Shown: positions 1-9,833, counted from the stretch's first letter. The stretch: 64,000 nt of DNA from an uncultured delta proteobacterium (GCA_963802945.1 CAWDKY010000015.1:64001-128000); one strand, 5' to 3'. Numbers and translations: made by a program. The notes: generated by a model not told the origin, from the letters alone.

Positions 1-15
1 TAGGAAAACGAATAA

Positions 16-948
16 ATGGACCTGACCTTTGAGCAAATCAACGCCTTTTATGCCGTGGCCACCACAGGCAGTTTTTCATCCGCAGCAGAAAAGATCTTCC
101 GGACCCAGTCAGCGGTCAGCATCCAGATTGCCCGTCTGGAAAAGACCATCGGCCTTCGATTGTTTCACCGGACCACTAAAAGCATCGAACTGACCGAAGC
201 CGGAAAAATATTTTTAGATTATGTCGAAAAGATTCGCAGTCTTTTGGAAGAAGCCCAACAGGAATTGCTCGATCTGGAAAAGATGGAGCGGGGAAGACTT
301 TCCATTTCCACTTCGGACACAACGGCCTGTTACCTGCTTCCAGGGATTCTGCAAACCTATAAGGACCATTATCCGGGGATTGAGGTTGTCGTGCGCAACT
401 CAACATCGCTTCAGACCATAGAAAAGGTTATGAACAATGAGGTGGATCTCGGTATCGCCACCCTGGCCTTTTTAAAGCCGGGGCTTGAGGTGATCCCTTT
501 GTTTTCCAGATTCGATGTGGTAATCTGCCATCCGGACCATCCGCTGGCCAATCGAAAGCAGGTCTATTTAAAAGATTTGGAAAAGCATATCTGCCTTCTT
601 TTGGATGACCATTGTTCTTCCCGGCGGATTTTGGATCAAGCCTGTCTGTCGGCCGGGGTGAAACTGCCCATTTCCATGGAGCTCAGCTCTATAGAGGTGA
701 TTAAAAACTTAGTCATGATCAAGTCCGGGATATCCATTGTCCCGGAAATCTCTATTCGAAAAGAGGTCCAGGCCGGCCTGCTGTCGGCCATAAAAATAAG
801 GGATTTTCGCCCAAACCGTCAAATCAGGATGGGGGTGATCTACAAGAAAAACCGCTATCTTTCCTTGGCCGCTCAAAGTTTTTTGAATGAACTGCAGGAA
901 AGAAGGAATATTATGAAAGTCTCGGAGGATGAAAGACCACTCATTTGA
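16..948 (+). CDS. LysR-family transcriptional regulator
   Basis: N-terminal LysR HTH (FYAVATTGSFSSAAEKIFRTQSAVSIQIARLE) plus substrate-binding domain; 310 aa. Confidence 0.95.
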   Translation: MDLTFEQINAFYAVATTGSFSSAAEKIFRTQSAVSIQIARLEKTIGLRLFHRTTKSIELTEAGKIFLDYVEKIRSLLEEAQQELLDLEKMERGRLSISTSDTTACYLLPGILQTYKDHYPGIEVVVRNSTSLQTIEKVMNNEVDLGIATLAFLKPGLEVIPLFSRFDVVICHPDHPLANRKQVYLKDLEKHICLLLDDHCSSRRILDQACLSAGVKLPISMELSSIEVIKNLVMIKSGISIVPEISIRKEVQAGLLSAIKIRDFRPNRQIRMGVIYKKNRYLSLAAQSFLNELQERRNIMKVSEDERPLI

Positions 949-1145
949 CAAGACGAGGGAGAACCAGTAAAATTGCTCATCTGTTTTTTCTTCATTCTAA
1001 ATATAGCGAGCCCATTCCCCGCAGCTAGCTAAGTGGATCAGCGAGCAAACTTTAAACAATAAATCTTTACCTTACTTAGAAGATTCCCTGTACCTTGTTT
1101 CAGAGAGCTTCAATTTTTTAATAAATAATTAAGGAGGTCATTTGA

Positions 1146-2423
1146 ATGACTTTGGCATTGGAAGGAATCAAGGTTGTTGATCTATCACAAGTAGCGGCCG
1201 TTCCCATGTGTGCCCGTCATCTGGCCGATTTCGGAGCGGATGTCATCCATATAGAAAATCTCGCTGGAGACTCTTGGCGCAGGTATCAGGACAGTCAGGT
1301 AAAGGCTATGAACGGCGCACCATCGGAATTCAACTATATGTGGGAGGTTTACAACCGCAACAAGAGAAGCCTTGCGCTCAATATTGCCGAGGAGAGCGGA
1401 CGCAACGTGCTCGACAAGCTGCTTTCCAAGGCGGACGTGTTCCTGACCAATCTGCGGGGATACGAACTGGAACGCTTTCGACTTTCCTACGAAGATATCA
1501 AGGCTATAAATCCCCGCATCATTGGCGGATATCTGTCCGGCTACGGAACCAAGGGCCCTGATAAAGACTCCCCAGCTTATGATATGACCGCCTACTGGGA
1601 GCGGTCGGGAATAGCCTATGCCTTCTCGCTACCGGGCGTACCGGTCATGGGATTTCGAGCAGGCTTTGGGGACAACCTGGCGGGTTTGGCCCTGGCCCAC
1701 GGTGTCATGACGGCCCTCTATGTGCGGGAACGGACGGGAAAAGGCCAGGAAATCAATGTATCCCTCTTGCATGCGGGACTATATCAGCTATCTTACGACA
1801 TCGCCGGGGCGCTGAACACCGGGCTTGATTTTGCCGACTGGCGGGAAAACCCGCCCCAAGGCATGATTGACCAGGCTCAGCTAGCCAACCTGCAGATCGG
1901 CCTTTTCTATGCCGGTAAGGCGATCAATCCTTTAGCGGCTGTTTACGTAACGAAAGACGGACGTTTCTTTCTTTTTTTGTCGCTTCAGCCGGACCGTTAC
2001 TGGAAAAGATTCTGCTTGGCCATCGGGAGGGAAGACCTGGCTAATGACTCGAGGTATCAGACGGAAGATGGCAGGGCGCCTTACAATCTGGCCTTGCGGC
2101 AGACCATCGGGGAGACCTTTATGACCAAGACGTACGCTGAATGGGTGCCGGTTCTGGAAGGGATGCCCTTCGCGCCCATTCAGAGCGTAAAGGAAGCCGC
2201 CAACGACCCACAGGCCCAGGCTACGGGCTGTTTCATAAGCTATGAACATCCCAGGCACGGCCAGGTTCACAATCTGGCCAGCCCGGTCAATATGAGCGAG
2301 ACCCCTGCCAGCTACCGAATGCCGGCCCCGGAGTTAGGGCAGCACACCGAAGAGGTATTGCTTGAATACGGTTTCAGACCGGAAGACATTGTCAGGTTTA
2401 AGGAGCAGGGAATAATTAAATAA
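1146..2423 (+). CDS. CaiB/BaiF family III CoA-transferase
   Basis: LEGIKVVDLS, LADFGADVIHIE, NRNKRSLAL, catalytic GD motif, PAPELGQHTEEVL; AAGGAGG RBS. Confidence 0.95.
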   Translation: MTLALEGIKVVDLSQVAAVPMCARHLADFGADVIHIENLAGDSWRRYQDSQVKAMNGAPSEFNYMWEVYNRNKRSLALNIAEESGRNVLDKLLSKADVFLTNLRGYELERFRLSYEDIKAINPRIIGGYLSGYGTKGPDKDSPAYDMTAYWERSGIAYAFSLPGVPVMGFRAGFGDNLAGLALAHGVMTALYVRERTGKGQEINVSLLHAGLYQLSYDIAGALNTGLDFADWRENPPQGMIDQAQLANLQIGLFYAGKAINPLAAVYVTKDGRFFLFLSLQPDRYWKRFCLAIGREDLANDSRYQTEDGRAPYNLALRQTIGETFMTKTYAEWVPVLEGMPFAPIQSVKEAANDPQAQATGCFISYEHPRHGQVHNLASPVNMSETPASYRMPAPELGQHTEEVLLEYGFRPEDIVRFKEQGIIK

Positions 2424-2576
2424 GTGGCAAAACAACCGGAACGCGCCGAACGCACGGGATGGCTGGCCACCGCTATCCTGGAAGGTTTTATGGCCTTCTG
2501 CGCAGCTGCTATATTATTGAGTGCCCCTTATTTTATGGGTATTTTCACCGTTCATTCCGCAGGGGGCGATAAGTGA
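2424..2576 (+). CDS. possible 50-aa small membrane protein
   Basis: GTG directly after the CoA-transferase stop; MAKQPERAERTGWLATAILEGFMAFCAAAILLSAPYFMGIFTVHSAGGDK has one hydrophobic stretch; no family recognised. Confidence 0.3.
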   Translation: MAKQPERAERTGWLATAILEGFMAFCAAAILLSAPYFMGIFTVHSAGGDK

Positions 2577-2740
2577 AAATGGACTCAAGGATTCCGTAGT
2601 TTTTTTGCCTTTTAAATAAAAAAGAAGATTAAGGGCTGCCCTAACTGATCGCCCTACTGTCCAACGGGGCGGTTAGAAGTTTGTGGATTTTATCGGGGAA
2701 TAAAATAGCCCAAAAGCAAGCAAAGACATCCCGAACAGGA

Positions 2741-3187
2741 CTACAGGATACTTCTAAAACCAATAAGGCTTTTCCGCCAATAGCTCGCATTAATATCATC
2801 TACAGCAACACCCCTTGACTTTGAGGCGTGAATAAAATCCTTTTTGTTGATCATTATTCCAGCATGGAGATCATTTTTTATTTTAAAAAATACAAGATCG
2901 CCGGGTTGAACCATATCGCCGGATAGGCCGGAGCCGGACTTTATTTGCCCCTCCGTCATGACAGGGAGCGTTAGGCCGACTTTTTGATATACAAAATAAA
3001 TAAAGCCGCTGCAGTCGAAGGCGTCCGGCCCCTTTGCCCCGTTTTTATAAGGCTTCCCGAGCAGATTAAAAGCCTGCCGAATGATCTCGTTTCGTGTCCC
3101 TGTTTCTGTTTCATAAACCTTAACCTGTTTAGGAGCGCACCCATACCAGAAGGCAAAAACTGCCATGATTAATACTAACCGTGGCAA
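2741..3187 (-). CDS. NlpC/P60 (C40) peptidase lipoprotein
   Basis: Lipobox-like WYGC; GKPYKNGAKGPDAFDCSGF; HAGI...FIHAS catalytic motifs. Confidence 0.93.
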   Translation of the reverse strand: MPRLVLIMAVFAFWYGCAPKQVKVYETETGTRNEIIRQAFNLLGKPYKNGAKGPDAFDCSGFIYFVYQKVGLTLPVMTEGQIKSGSGLSGDMVQPGDLVFFKIKNDLHAGIMINKKDFIHASKSRGVAVDDINASYWRKSLIGFRSIL

Positions 3188-3341
3188 AATATTTTTTATA
3201 AAAGAAATATTACATTCCCCCTATCGTATCTTATTTGATAAAAATCGCTTTGGGATAGAATGAAACTAGAATAATTGGGATGATCTTTGTCATCATAGAG
3301 TACCCCTAAAGACGCCGGAGGTTATCTGTAAGCGGTGTACA

Positions 3342-3923
3342 TCATTTTTTTAGATTAGTCTTCACTCTCGCCTTATGTCTTCTGAACCAATGGACGCTCC
3401 AAATAATTGCGCCTATTACCGCCAGCGCAAGAAACAGGTACGACTCATAACGTTTAAGCTTGCCTAGGAACAATTCTACCACATGGCCGAACAGATATCC
3501 ACAAACAGCAATTAAAACGGCCCAAAGGAATGCCCCAAGAATATTCAAGACAAGGAAGCGCACAGGTGAGATATGGCTTGCACCGAGTAAGAAAGGGGTT
3601 ATGGTACGAAAACCATAGAGGAATCGAAATCCCAAGAGAATCAGCAACTGATGTCTGCGCATGAGATCAAACACCCAAGCGGACCTGGATTTCCAATAGG
3701 GTCGCTTTTCCAAAACTGTCGTGCCCTTGATGCGACCAAGATAGAAGTAAAGCTGATCGCCGCACAAGGTCCCCAGGAATCCATAAACCACAACCCATAG
3801 CAGCTTAAGATAGCCCTGGTGGGTAGCGAAACCTGCCAAAACAAGGATGGTTTCACCTTCAAAGAAAGTGCCTATGGTGATGGCAGCATATCCATAGGTC
3901 GATATGAGTACTTCAAGTGACAT
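3342..3923 (-). CDS. DedA family membrane protein
   Basis: GTFFEGE, GDQLYFYLGR, RFLYGFR motifs. Confidence 0.93.
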   Translation of the reverse strand: MSLEVLISTYGYAAITIGTFFEGETILVLAGFATHQGYLKLLWVVVYGFLGTLCGDQLYFYLGRIKGTTVLEKRPYWKSRSAWVFDLMRRHQLLILLGFRFLYGFRTITPFLLGASHISPVRFLVLNILGAFLWAVLIAVCGYLFGHVVELFLGKLKRYESYLFLALAVIGAIIWSVHWFRRHKARVKTNLKK

Positions 3924-4092
3924 GATCCTACTCGGTCAACAATGCAATGAGAAATGGCGGCTGGCGGCCGGTTAACATCCTCTGAATGGTATGAGGTCGG
4001 GCCAGGCCAGCCCCTTTTATTTATTCATTTCCATTAGGCTCAGCTAATTGGTCCCTTAATGCAGGCCGTCCCCTTTGACTTCCTTTTAAAAG

Positions 4093-4329
4093 TTAGCCCT
4101 TCTCTTGTTTGATCAACTTGGTGATTTCTCCTTCATTGGGAAATCGTTGAACTTCAATATTTTTTTTAGAGAAGATCAACTTGCCGTTCCATTTAACATC
4201 GAAGATACCGCCACCGCCCCTGATCAATTTAATTTTTGAATCAGGATAATTGGCCTTCAATTCCGCTTCTACCCGAGAAGCTTGAGGCAAATAGTCTCAA
4301 GCACCACAATATTCAATAGAAATGTTCAT
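4093..4329 (-). CDS. SelW/SelT/SelH (Rdx) family selenoprotein, 78 aa, Sec at in-frame TGA 4297-4299
   Basis: AAGGAGG RBS, then MNISIEYCGA-U-DYLPQASRVEAEL...GGGGIFDV...RFP: CxxU motif and Rdx signature. ORF track starts only after the TGA. Confidence 0.92.
4253..4288 (-). promoter_or_regulatory. SECIS-like hairpin of the SelW gene
   Basis: GCTTCT-CGGGT-AGAAGC stem-loop, loop 21 nt 3' of the UGA, with lower stem GCCTCAA/TTGAAGGC. Confidence 0.8.
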
Positions 4330-4385
4330 AACGCCTCCTTTTTTCACCATGGGTAATTAATAGTTTGCCGAAAAACCCATTGTTA

Positions 4386-4565
4386 CAGGTTGCTCAAAAA
4401 GGTTCAGATACAAGGCGCCCGAAACCGGGAACCCGCCCCGAAGGGGTGGGACTGAGCGTTGCCCTTGACGCGAAGAAATCCCGAGGAATGAGTCGTACAT
4501 AGAAGTACGTCGCAATAAGCCTGTCCCGCCGTTGGCGGGATAGATGGGGTTTTTTCAGCAACCTG
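4386..4565. mobile_element. MITE with 15-bp terminal inverted repeats and nested small hairpins
   Basis: CAGGTTGCTCAAAAA ... TTTTTCAGCAACCTG (1 mismatch); internal hairpins cccgccccgaaggggtggg and tcccgccgttggcggga. Confidence 0.65.
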
Positions 4566-4757
4566 CTAATAGGGTTTCCCTGAACCAGAGACAAGAATAC
4601 AACGATTTAGTCACAGAATCAACTGTAAGTGGCCTCGTCATGTAATTTCAACCCTTAGGCCGATATCATCCTATCTTTTTCTCCATTGACTCGCGCCTTG
4701 GCCTATGGGTAAAATGCCGACTTGATCCGGCAATCATGCCCATAAGGAGGAAATACA

Positions 4758-5924
4758 ATGGACGGTTTCAGCTCGAAGAGAGCGCTCAGCTTCACAGAAT
4801 CGGTGATACGGGAAATGACCAGGGTCTGTCTGGCTCACCAGGGTATTAACCTGGCCCAGGGTTTTCCCGATTTTCCCGCGCCTGCCGAGATCAAGGAGGC
4901 AGCCGTTCGAGCCATCCGGGAAGATTTCAATCAATATTCGATTACCTGGGGGACGCCGTCTTTGCGCCGCGCCATTGCGGAAAAATTTTTCCGATACAAC
5001 GGTCTTCAGGTGGACCCCGAAAAGGAAATCACGGTCTGTTGCGGATCGACGGAGGGCATGATTGCATCACTCCTGGCCATCGTTAATCCAGGCGAAGAGG
5101 TGATTATTTTTGAACCTTTTTACGAAAACTACGGACCGGATTCCATTCTCTGTGACGCTGTTCCGAGGTTTATTACGCTGCATGAGCCTGACTGGCATTT
5201 CGATGAAACGGAACTTGGGAAGGCCTTCAAGAACAAGACCAAGGCCATTGTTATCAATACCCCGAATAACCCGACCGGCAAGGTGTTCTCACGGGAAGAG
5301 CTTACCTTTATCGCCGGACTCTGCCAGAAATGGGGAGTGGTTGCCGTAACCGATGAAATCTATGAACACATCCTCTACGACGGAGCAAAACACATCAGCA
5401 TTGCTTCCTTGCCGGGCATGGAAGAGATGACCGTTACCATCAACTCCATCTCAAAAACTTACAGCCTCACCGGATGGAGAGTAGGCTGGGCTATCGCCTC
5501 CCCGGCCATTACAGCGTCCATCCGCAAGGTTCATGATTTCCTTACCGTCGGAGCACCTCATCCACTTCAGGAGGCAGCAGCCCAGGCTTTGAAAAGCAGC
5601 GAATCGTATTACGAACATCTGGCGGCGGAATATACGAAAAAGCGGGATTTCCTCTTTTCGGCCCTTATCGGTGCCGGCTTTAAGGCTTTTAAACCTCAGG
5701 GGGCGTATTACATCATGACTGATGTGGGTCACTGGGGGGTAAGCGATGATACGGCTTTCGCCCTTCAGTTGATCAAGGAGGCCAAAGTGGCGACAGTGCC
5801 GGGGAGCGCCTTTTACAGCACCCCCGAACTTGGAAGGTCAAAGGTTAGATCCTGTTTTCCGAAAAAGATGGAGACGTTACTTGCGGCCGCCGAAGGCCTT
5901 CGCAACTTCCGAAATAAGCAGTGA
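4758..5924 (+). CDS. PLP-dependent class I/II aminotransferase
   Basis: INLAQGFPDF, NTPNNPTGKV, DEIYEH, SISKTYSLTGWRVGW. Confidence 0.95.
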   Translation: MDGFSSKRALSFTESVIREMTRVCLAHQGINLAQGFPDFPAPAEIKEAAVRAIREDFNQYSITWGTPSLRRAIAEKFFRYNGLQVDPEKEITVCCGSTEGMIASLLAIVNPGEEVIIFEPFYENYGPDSILCDAVPRFITLHEPDWHFDETELGKAFKNKTKAIVINTPNNPTGKVFSREELTFIAGLCQKWGVVAVTDEIYEHILYDGAKHISIASLPGMEEMTVTINSISKTYSLTGWRVGWAIASPAITASIRKVHDFLTVGAPHPLQEAAAQALKSSESYYEHLAAEYTKKRDFLFSALIGAGFKAFKPQGAYYIMTDVGHWGVSDDTAFALQLIKEAKVATVPGSAFYSTPELGRSKVRSCFPKKMETLLAAAEGLRNFRNKQ

Positions 5925-6078
5925 GCCTCCCGAAGTTGATGCTGTGCCAAACCCGATTTCACACGAATTATTTTTAAATATTCCCCCGACCTTTCAATCC
6001 CTTCGTATGATCCGACTCCAATTAAGATAATCAGAATTCGATGTCAAGGATATCGGTATTATATCCCTGGAATACCGC
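5923..6078. repeat. ~190-bp non-coding element, copy 1 (left end missing)
   Basis: gagcctcccgaagttgatgctgtgccaaa...tccgactccaattaaga...gatgtcaag...gtattatatccctggaataccg aligns by eye with copies at 7518, 8333, 9087 and 9897. Confidence 0.85.
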
Positions 6079-6095
6079 ATATCAAAGAATTACCC

Positions 6096-7478
6096 CTAAT
6101 CTAATCTTTTCAAAACTTCACGCGCTGCCACGACTCCTGAAATCGAGGCTTGGATCAACCCGCGGCTTACTCCTGCACCGTCCCCAACGGCGAAAAGATT
6201 CTTAACTTCCGTTTCCAGGCCGGAGGTAAGCTTGAGTTTCATGGAATAGAACTTGACCTCTACCCCATACAGGAGCGTATCACCGGAGTTCACTCCAGGG
6301 GCCACATTATCGAGCACTTCGAGCATCTCCATAAGGTTGCTCAGATGCCGGTAGGGCAGCACGAAGCTCAGGTCTCCCGGTGTAGCCTCTTCCAGGGTGG
6401 GGCGCACGGAGCCCTCGGCTATCCTCTCCGGCGTAGACCGTCTGCCCATCTTCAGATCTCCGAGGCGTTGGACGATGACCCCACCACCAATCAGGTTGGC
6501 TAAACCGGCGATGTATTTCCCATAGGATATAGGGTCATTAAAGGGTCTGGTAAAATCGGTACTCACCAGGAGGGCAAAGTTCGTATTTTCCGTCTTTTTA
6601 TTTTTGTAGCTGTGCCCGTTGACGCTGAATATGCCTTCGCTGTATTCCTTGACCACCTCTCCATAGGGATTCATGCAAAAGGTTCTGATTTTGTCTTGAA
6701 ATTTTTTTGAGAAATAGATGAACTTTCCCTCATAGGCCACGTCGGTTAAATTTTTCAGAATAGCTGCCGGAAGTTCAACCCTGACCCCGATATCGACCGG
6801 ATTCTTCTGGACCGAAAGGTTCAGCCGTTTGGCTTCTCCGGAAAGCCAGGTTGATCCTTCCCGGCCAACGGCGGTGACAACAAGCCGTGCATCAAAGGTC
6901 CGCCCGTCTTCCGTCATAACCCCGGAAACAGAGCCATCGACAGTCCGGATCTGCTGTACCGGAGAATCGAAGATCAAATCGACTTTACCATCCAGCTCAT
7001 CCCGAATTTTGCGCAGCACTTCTCCGCAAACTTCTGTGCCGATATGCCGTATCAATGCGGGAATAAGCTCCAGATTATACCCGGCAGCTTTTCTCTTCAG
7101 ACGGACCAGGGCGTCTTTGTCCTGCCCATGAATATCTCCCCCGGCCCCAAAAAAGCGGTAAACCGAATCCACATATTCGATCAGAACGGCCAAAGCTTCT
7201 TCGGAAACATACTCCTTTAACCATCCCCCGAATTCCGAGGTCAGGGTGAGTTTCCCATCGCTATAGGCCCCGGCCCCTCCCCAGCCGCAGAGGATACTGC
7301 AGAGTTCGCACTGGACACAGGGAATGGATGTCCCGTTTATGGGACAATTTCTGTCCTTGATGTCGCTGCCTTTCTCGATCATGAGGATTTTGAGACGGGA
7401 ATTCTTAATGAGCTCCAGGGCGGCAAATATCCCCGCCGGCCCGGTACCGATAATGATGACATCGTAAGAGGGTGACAT
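6096..7478 (-). CDS. FAD-dependent oxidoreductase (uncharacterised family with Cys-rich insert)
   Basis: GTGPAG Rossmann motif, CP...CVQCELCSILCGWGGAGAYSDGKL, VGDGAGVSRGL. Confidence 0.9.
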   Translation of the reverse strand: MSPSYDVIIIGTGPAGIFAALELIKNSRLKILMIEKGSDIKDRNCPINGTSIPCVQCELCSILCGWGGAGAYSDGKLTLTSEFGGWLKEYVSEEALAVLIEYVDSVYRFFGAGGDIHGQDKDALVRLKRKAAGYNLELIPALIRHIGTEVCGEVLRKIRDELDGKVDLIFDSPVQQIRTVDGSVSGVMTEDGRTFDARLVVTAVGREGSTWLSGEAKRLNLSVQKNPVDIGVRVELPAAILKNLTDVAYEGKFIYFSKKFQDKIRTFCMNPYGEVVKEYSEGIFSVNGHSYKNKKTENTNFALLVSTDFTRPFNDPISYGKYIAGLANLIGGGVIVQRLGDLKMGRRSTPERIAEGSVRPTLEEATPGDLSFVLPYRHLSNLMEMLEVLDNVAPGVNSGDTLLYGVEVKFYSMKLKLTSGLETEVKNLFAVGDGAGVSRGLIQASISGVVAAREVLKRLD

Positions 7479-7517
7479 CGTTAATCACAATCCCTAAAGG
7501 TTATTCCCGGATTCTGG

Positions 7518-7621
7518 GTTATCATGGATGTTGATGCTGTTCCAAATCCAATTTCGCACGAATCATTTTATATATATTCCCCCGGGCCTTCAATCCCCTC
7601 GAATGGCCCGATCCTCATTAG
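7518..7621. repeat. non-coding element, copy 2
   Basis: gttgatgctgttccaaatccaatttcgcacgaatcatttta...ttcaatcccctcgaatggcccgatcctc. Confidence 0.85.
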
Positions 7622-7653
7622 CCTAATTGAGTGAAATCAATGGTAGGCCGAAA

Positions 7654-7947
7654 CTATTCCGCATGCAAGGCTTCAAGAACAGCTCGTGGATTCTTTGATG
7701 CAATGCGCAATAATGCTTTCGCAGGCCCTTCCGGTTTCCTTCTGCCTTGTTCCCAATTCTGCAAGGTTCGAATACTGACTCCCATTATAAGAGCGAATTC
7801 ACTCTGTGAAACGTTGAGTCCCTCTCTCACATTCTTGATTTCAGGAGGCTTTATTTCATAAATACGACTTGGCTTCCTATGTCCTGTCTTAATCTCGCCG
7901 GCTTCTTTTATACTCGCCAGCAATTTATCAAAGTGTTCCTTTTTCAT
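7654..7947 (-). CDS. HigA/NadS-like XRE-HTH antitoxin
   Basis: SQSEFALIMGVSIRTLQNWEQGRRKPEGPA; start overlaps the toxin stop codon. Confidence 0.92.
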   Translation of the reverse strand: MKKEHFDKLLASIKEAGEIKTGHRKPSRIYEIKPPEIKNVREGLNVSQSEFALIMGVSIRTLQNWEQGRRKPEGPAKALLRIASKNPRAVLEALHAE

Positions 7948-8258
7948 AATAACATCTCCTTTACCGTTCTCCTGAGCAGCTTTAGCTGCTCTTTTGTCAG
8001 ATCTTCTTGTTCGGCCTTTCTGTAGGGGAAAAGCATAAATATTGTGTCAGGAGCGCTCCAATAGTAAATGATCCGCAATGCCCCACGTTTTCCGGTACCA
8101 GGAAGACTCCAGCGAATTTTTCGTAAACCTCCACTCCCTCTGATTAAACTTCCAGCATCCGGTCGTAGCATCAAAGCTGTTTGTAGCATCCGATAACTAT
8201 CATCCGAAAGCAGGGGTTCAATTTCCTTTGTACAAATGGAAGTTTCAACAAATATCAT
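7944..8258 (-). CDS. RelE/HigB-like toxin
   Basis: MIFVET...GSGGLRKIRW...GKRGALRIIYY; start reassigned to ATG 8258 because the -10 box lies at 8265-8270. Confidence 0.9.
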   Translation of the reverse strand: MIFVETSICTKEIEPLLSDDSYRMLQTALMLRPDAGSLIRGSGGLRKIRWSLPGTGKRGALRIIYYWSAPDTIFMLFPYRKAEQEDLTKEQLKLLRRTVKEMLL

Positions 8259-8264
8259 AGTCGC

Positions 8265-8292
8265 ATTATACGCCAATGGCGCATATTGTCAA
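8265..8292 (-). promoter_or_regulatory. sigma70 promoter with overlapping palindromic operator (higBA)
   Basis: TTGACA-16-TATAAT; TATACGCCA-A-TGGCGCATA near-palindrome overlapping the -10 box and spacer. Confidence 0.8.
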
Positions 8293-8332
8293 GAGGACTT
8301 TCTTTTTTATTGTCTAACAGAAAGTTAAGAGG

Positions 8333-8380
8333 GAGCTTCCTGGAGCTGATGCTGTGTCAGACCGATTTCGCACAAAATTA
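8333..8380. repeat. non-coding element, copy 3 (partial)
   Basis: gagcttcctggagctgatgctgtgtcagaccgatttcgcacaaaatta. Confidence 0.7.
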
Positions 8381-8413
8381 GAAAAATTATAAAGCAGAAT
8401 TTGAGCTGTTATT

Positions 8414-8791
8414 TTAGTTTTTCTTCGGAAAATATTTTACTCCCGACATATTTTTAAAATCTGCATCCTGAGTCCAGAGAACGGCATTAAATTCCCTTGC
8501 TGTTGCCAGAATAATTCCATCGGCCATTGGAAGATTATGCTCCAAACTTAACTTTGAAGCGGCAATCGCCAGAGAAGACGTTAGATCCACAACCGTACCT
8601 TTTTGCATAGCCATGGCTGCCTGGAGCGCATCATTCTCATTGGATTCCCGAAGGACTACTTTGAAAACCTCATAGATCGTTACCGTTGGGACAATAAGCG
8701 AAGCCGCATCCCTCAAAGGGGATATGAAATGTTTGGCATTAGGCTCATCCGCAAAATAAGCAAGCCAACCGGAAGAATCGACGATATTCAT
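8414..8791 (-). CDS. vapC: VapC PIN-domain toxin
   Basis: IVDSSGW, TIYEV, LPMADGIILATA, LWTQDADF. Confidence 0.93.
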   Translation of the reverse strand: MNIVDSSGWLAYFADEPNAKHFISPLRDAASLIVPTVTIYEVFKVVLRESNENDALQAAMAMQKGTVVDLTSSLAIAASKLSLEHNLPMADGIILATAREFNAVLWTQDADFKNMSGVKYFPKKN

Positions 8792-8994
8792 ACTCTGTCT
8801 TTCTCCCGTTTAAACTCCGTATTGATGCCTTTTAGGAATCCGCGGAGTTCTTTGAAGTCCCGTTCCGGGATGAACTCAATCCGTCCCTCATATTCTACAA
8901 CCTGCATTCTCTGACCTGGACGAAGATTCAGGGCATCCCTTACTGTTTTGGGTATTACGACTTGATATTTTGGTGATACGGTTACTGTTTGCAT
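8788..8994 (-). CDS. AbrB/MazE-type antitoxin (VapB)
   Basis: VSPKYQVVIPKTVRDALNLRPGQ; overlaps the vapC start. Confidence 0.92.
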   Translation of the reverse strand: MQTVTVSPKYQVVIPKTVRDALNLRPGQRMQVVEYEGRIEFIPERDFKELRGFLKGINTEFKREKDRV

Positions 8995-9086
8995 ACCAAA
9001 ACTCCCATCGATTATTTTCCGTATTACAATAGCATGATCGATATGATTTTGTCAACATTTTTCATGGTATTGGTTGAGTTTGACTC

Positions 9087-9220
9087 GGGCCAGGGCCAGC
9101 CCCTTTTATTGTATTGAGCATCCTGAAACGGATGCTGTGCCAAATCCAATTTCGCACGAATCATTTTTTATATATTCCCACGAGCTTTCAACCCCATAGG
9201 ATGGTCCGATCCTCCAATAA
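9087..9220. repeat. non-coding element, copy 4 (with left-end motif)
   Basis: gggccagggccagcccc...ttgtattgagcatcctgaaacggatgctgtgccaaatccaatttcgcacgaatc...ggatggtccgatcctcc. Confidence 0.85.
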
Positions 9221-9228
9221 CACCAGAA

Positions 9229-9528
9229 TTAGCCTTGAGCGGCTTCGGCATGCAACTTCAACCCTAATGCCGTCATAACCTTGAGGATGGTGTCAAAACC
9301 GGGACTACGCTCGCCTGAAAGAGCCTTATAAAGACTTTCTCTGGACAGGCCGGCATCACGAGCGACCTGCGCCATGCCCCTAGCGCGGGCAATATCGCCC
9401 AGTGCCTTGGCAATGAAGGCGGCATCGCCGTTAGCTTCCTCAAAGCAAGCCTCAAGATAGGCTGCCATTTCCTCTGGAGTTCGGAGGTGATCTGCGACAT
9501 CATAGCGAGTGGTCTTTGTCTTTTTCAT
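9229..9528 (-). CDS. addiction-module antidote protein (HI1420-like HTH)
   Basis: YDVADHLRTPEEMAAYL, ARARGMAQVARDAGLSRESLYKALS. Confidence 0.93.
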   Translation of the reverse strand: MKKTKTTRYDVADHLRTPEEMAAYLEACFEEANGDAAFIAKALGDIARARGMAQVARDAGLSRESLYKALSGERSPGFDTILKVMTALGLKLHAEAAQG

Positions 9529-9537
9529 TTTTTGCTC

Positions 9538-9828
9538 CTATAAGTTTCGTGCGAGGCGTAATGCAGTTTTAATGTCTGCGTCCTGGGTCCGTTTGTCCCC
9601 TCCAGCCAGTAAAATTACAACTGTGCGCCCACGCATTGTAAAATATACCCGGTAACCAGGGCCATAATCGATTCGTAATTCAGAAACGCCTTCCCCCACC
9701 GGTCTGACATCCCCCGGATTCCCCGTTGCAAGGCGCTCGGTCCTGACCATTACACGCGCACGGGCATGAATGTCCTTAAGGTTATCAAGCCATTGGGCAT
9801 AAGTTTCCGTTTTACGGATTTCAAGCAT
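9538..9828 (-). CDS. RelE/ParE-type addiction-module killer (HI1419-like)
   Basis: GNPGDVRPVGEGVSELRIDYGPGYRVYF...LLAGGDKRTQ. Confidence 0.93.
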   Translation of the reverse strand: MLEIRKTETYAQWLDNLKDIHARARVMVRTERLATGNPGDVRPVGEGVSELRIDYGPGYRVYFTMRGRTVVILLAGGDKRTQDADIKTALRLARNL

Positions 9829-9833
9829 AGTGA

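Noticed and set aside
2639-2678. CCCTAAC...GTTAGAA mini-palindrome as an attC
   Set aside because: About 40 bp, shorter than known attC sites, with imperfect cores; more likely a hairpin between convergent genes.
8311-8330. GTCTAAC (GTTAGAC on minus strand) as the attC end before higBA
   Set aside because: Only a half-site; I found no complementary arm between it and the vapC stop.
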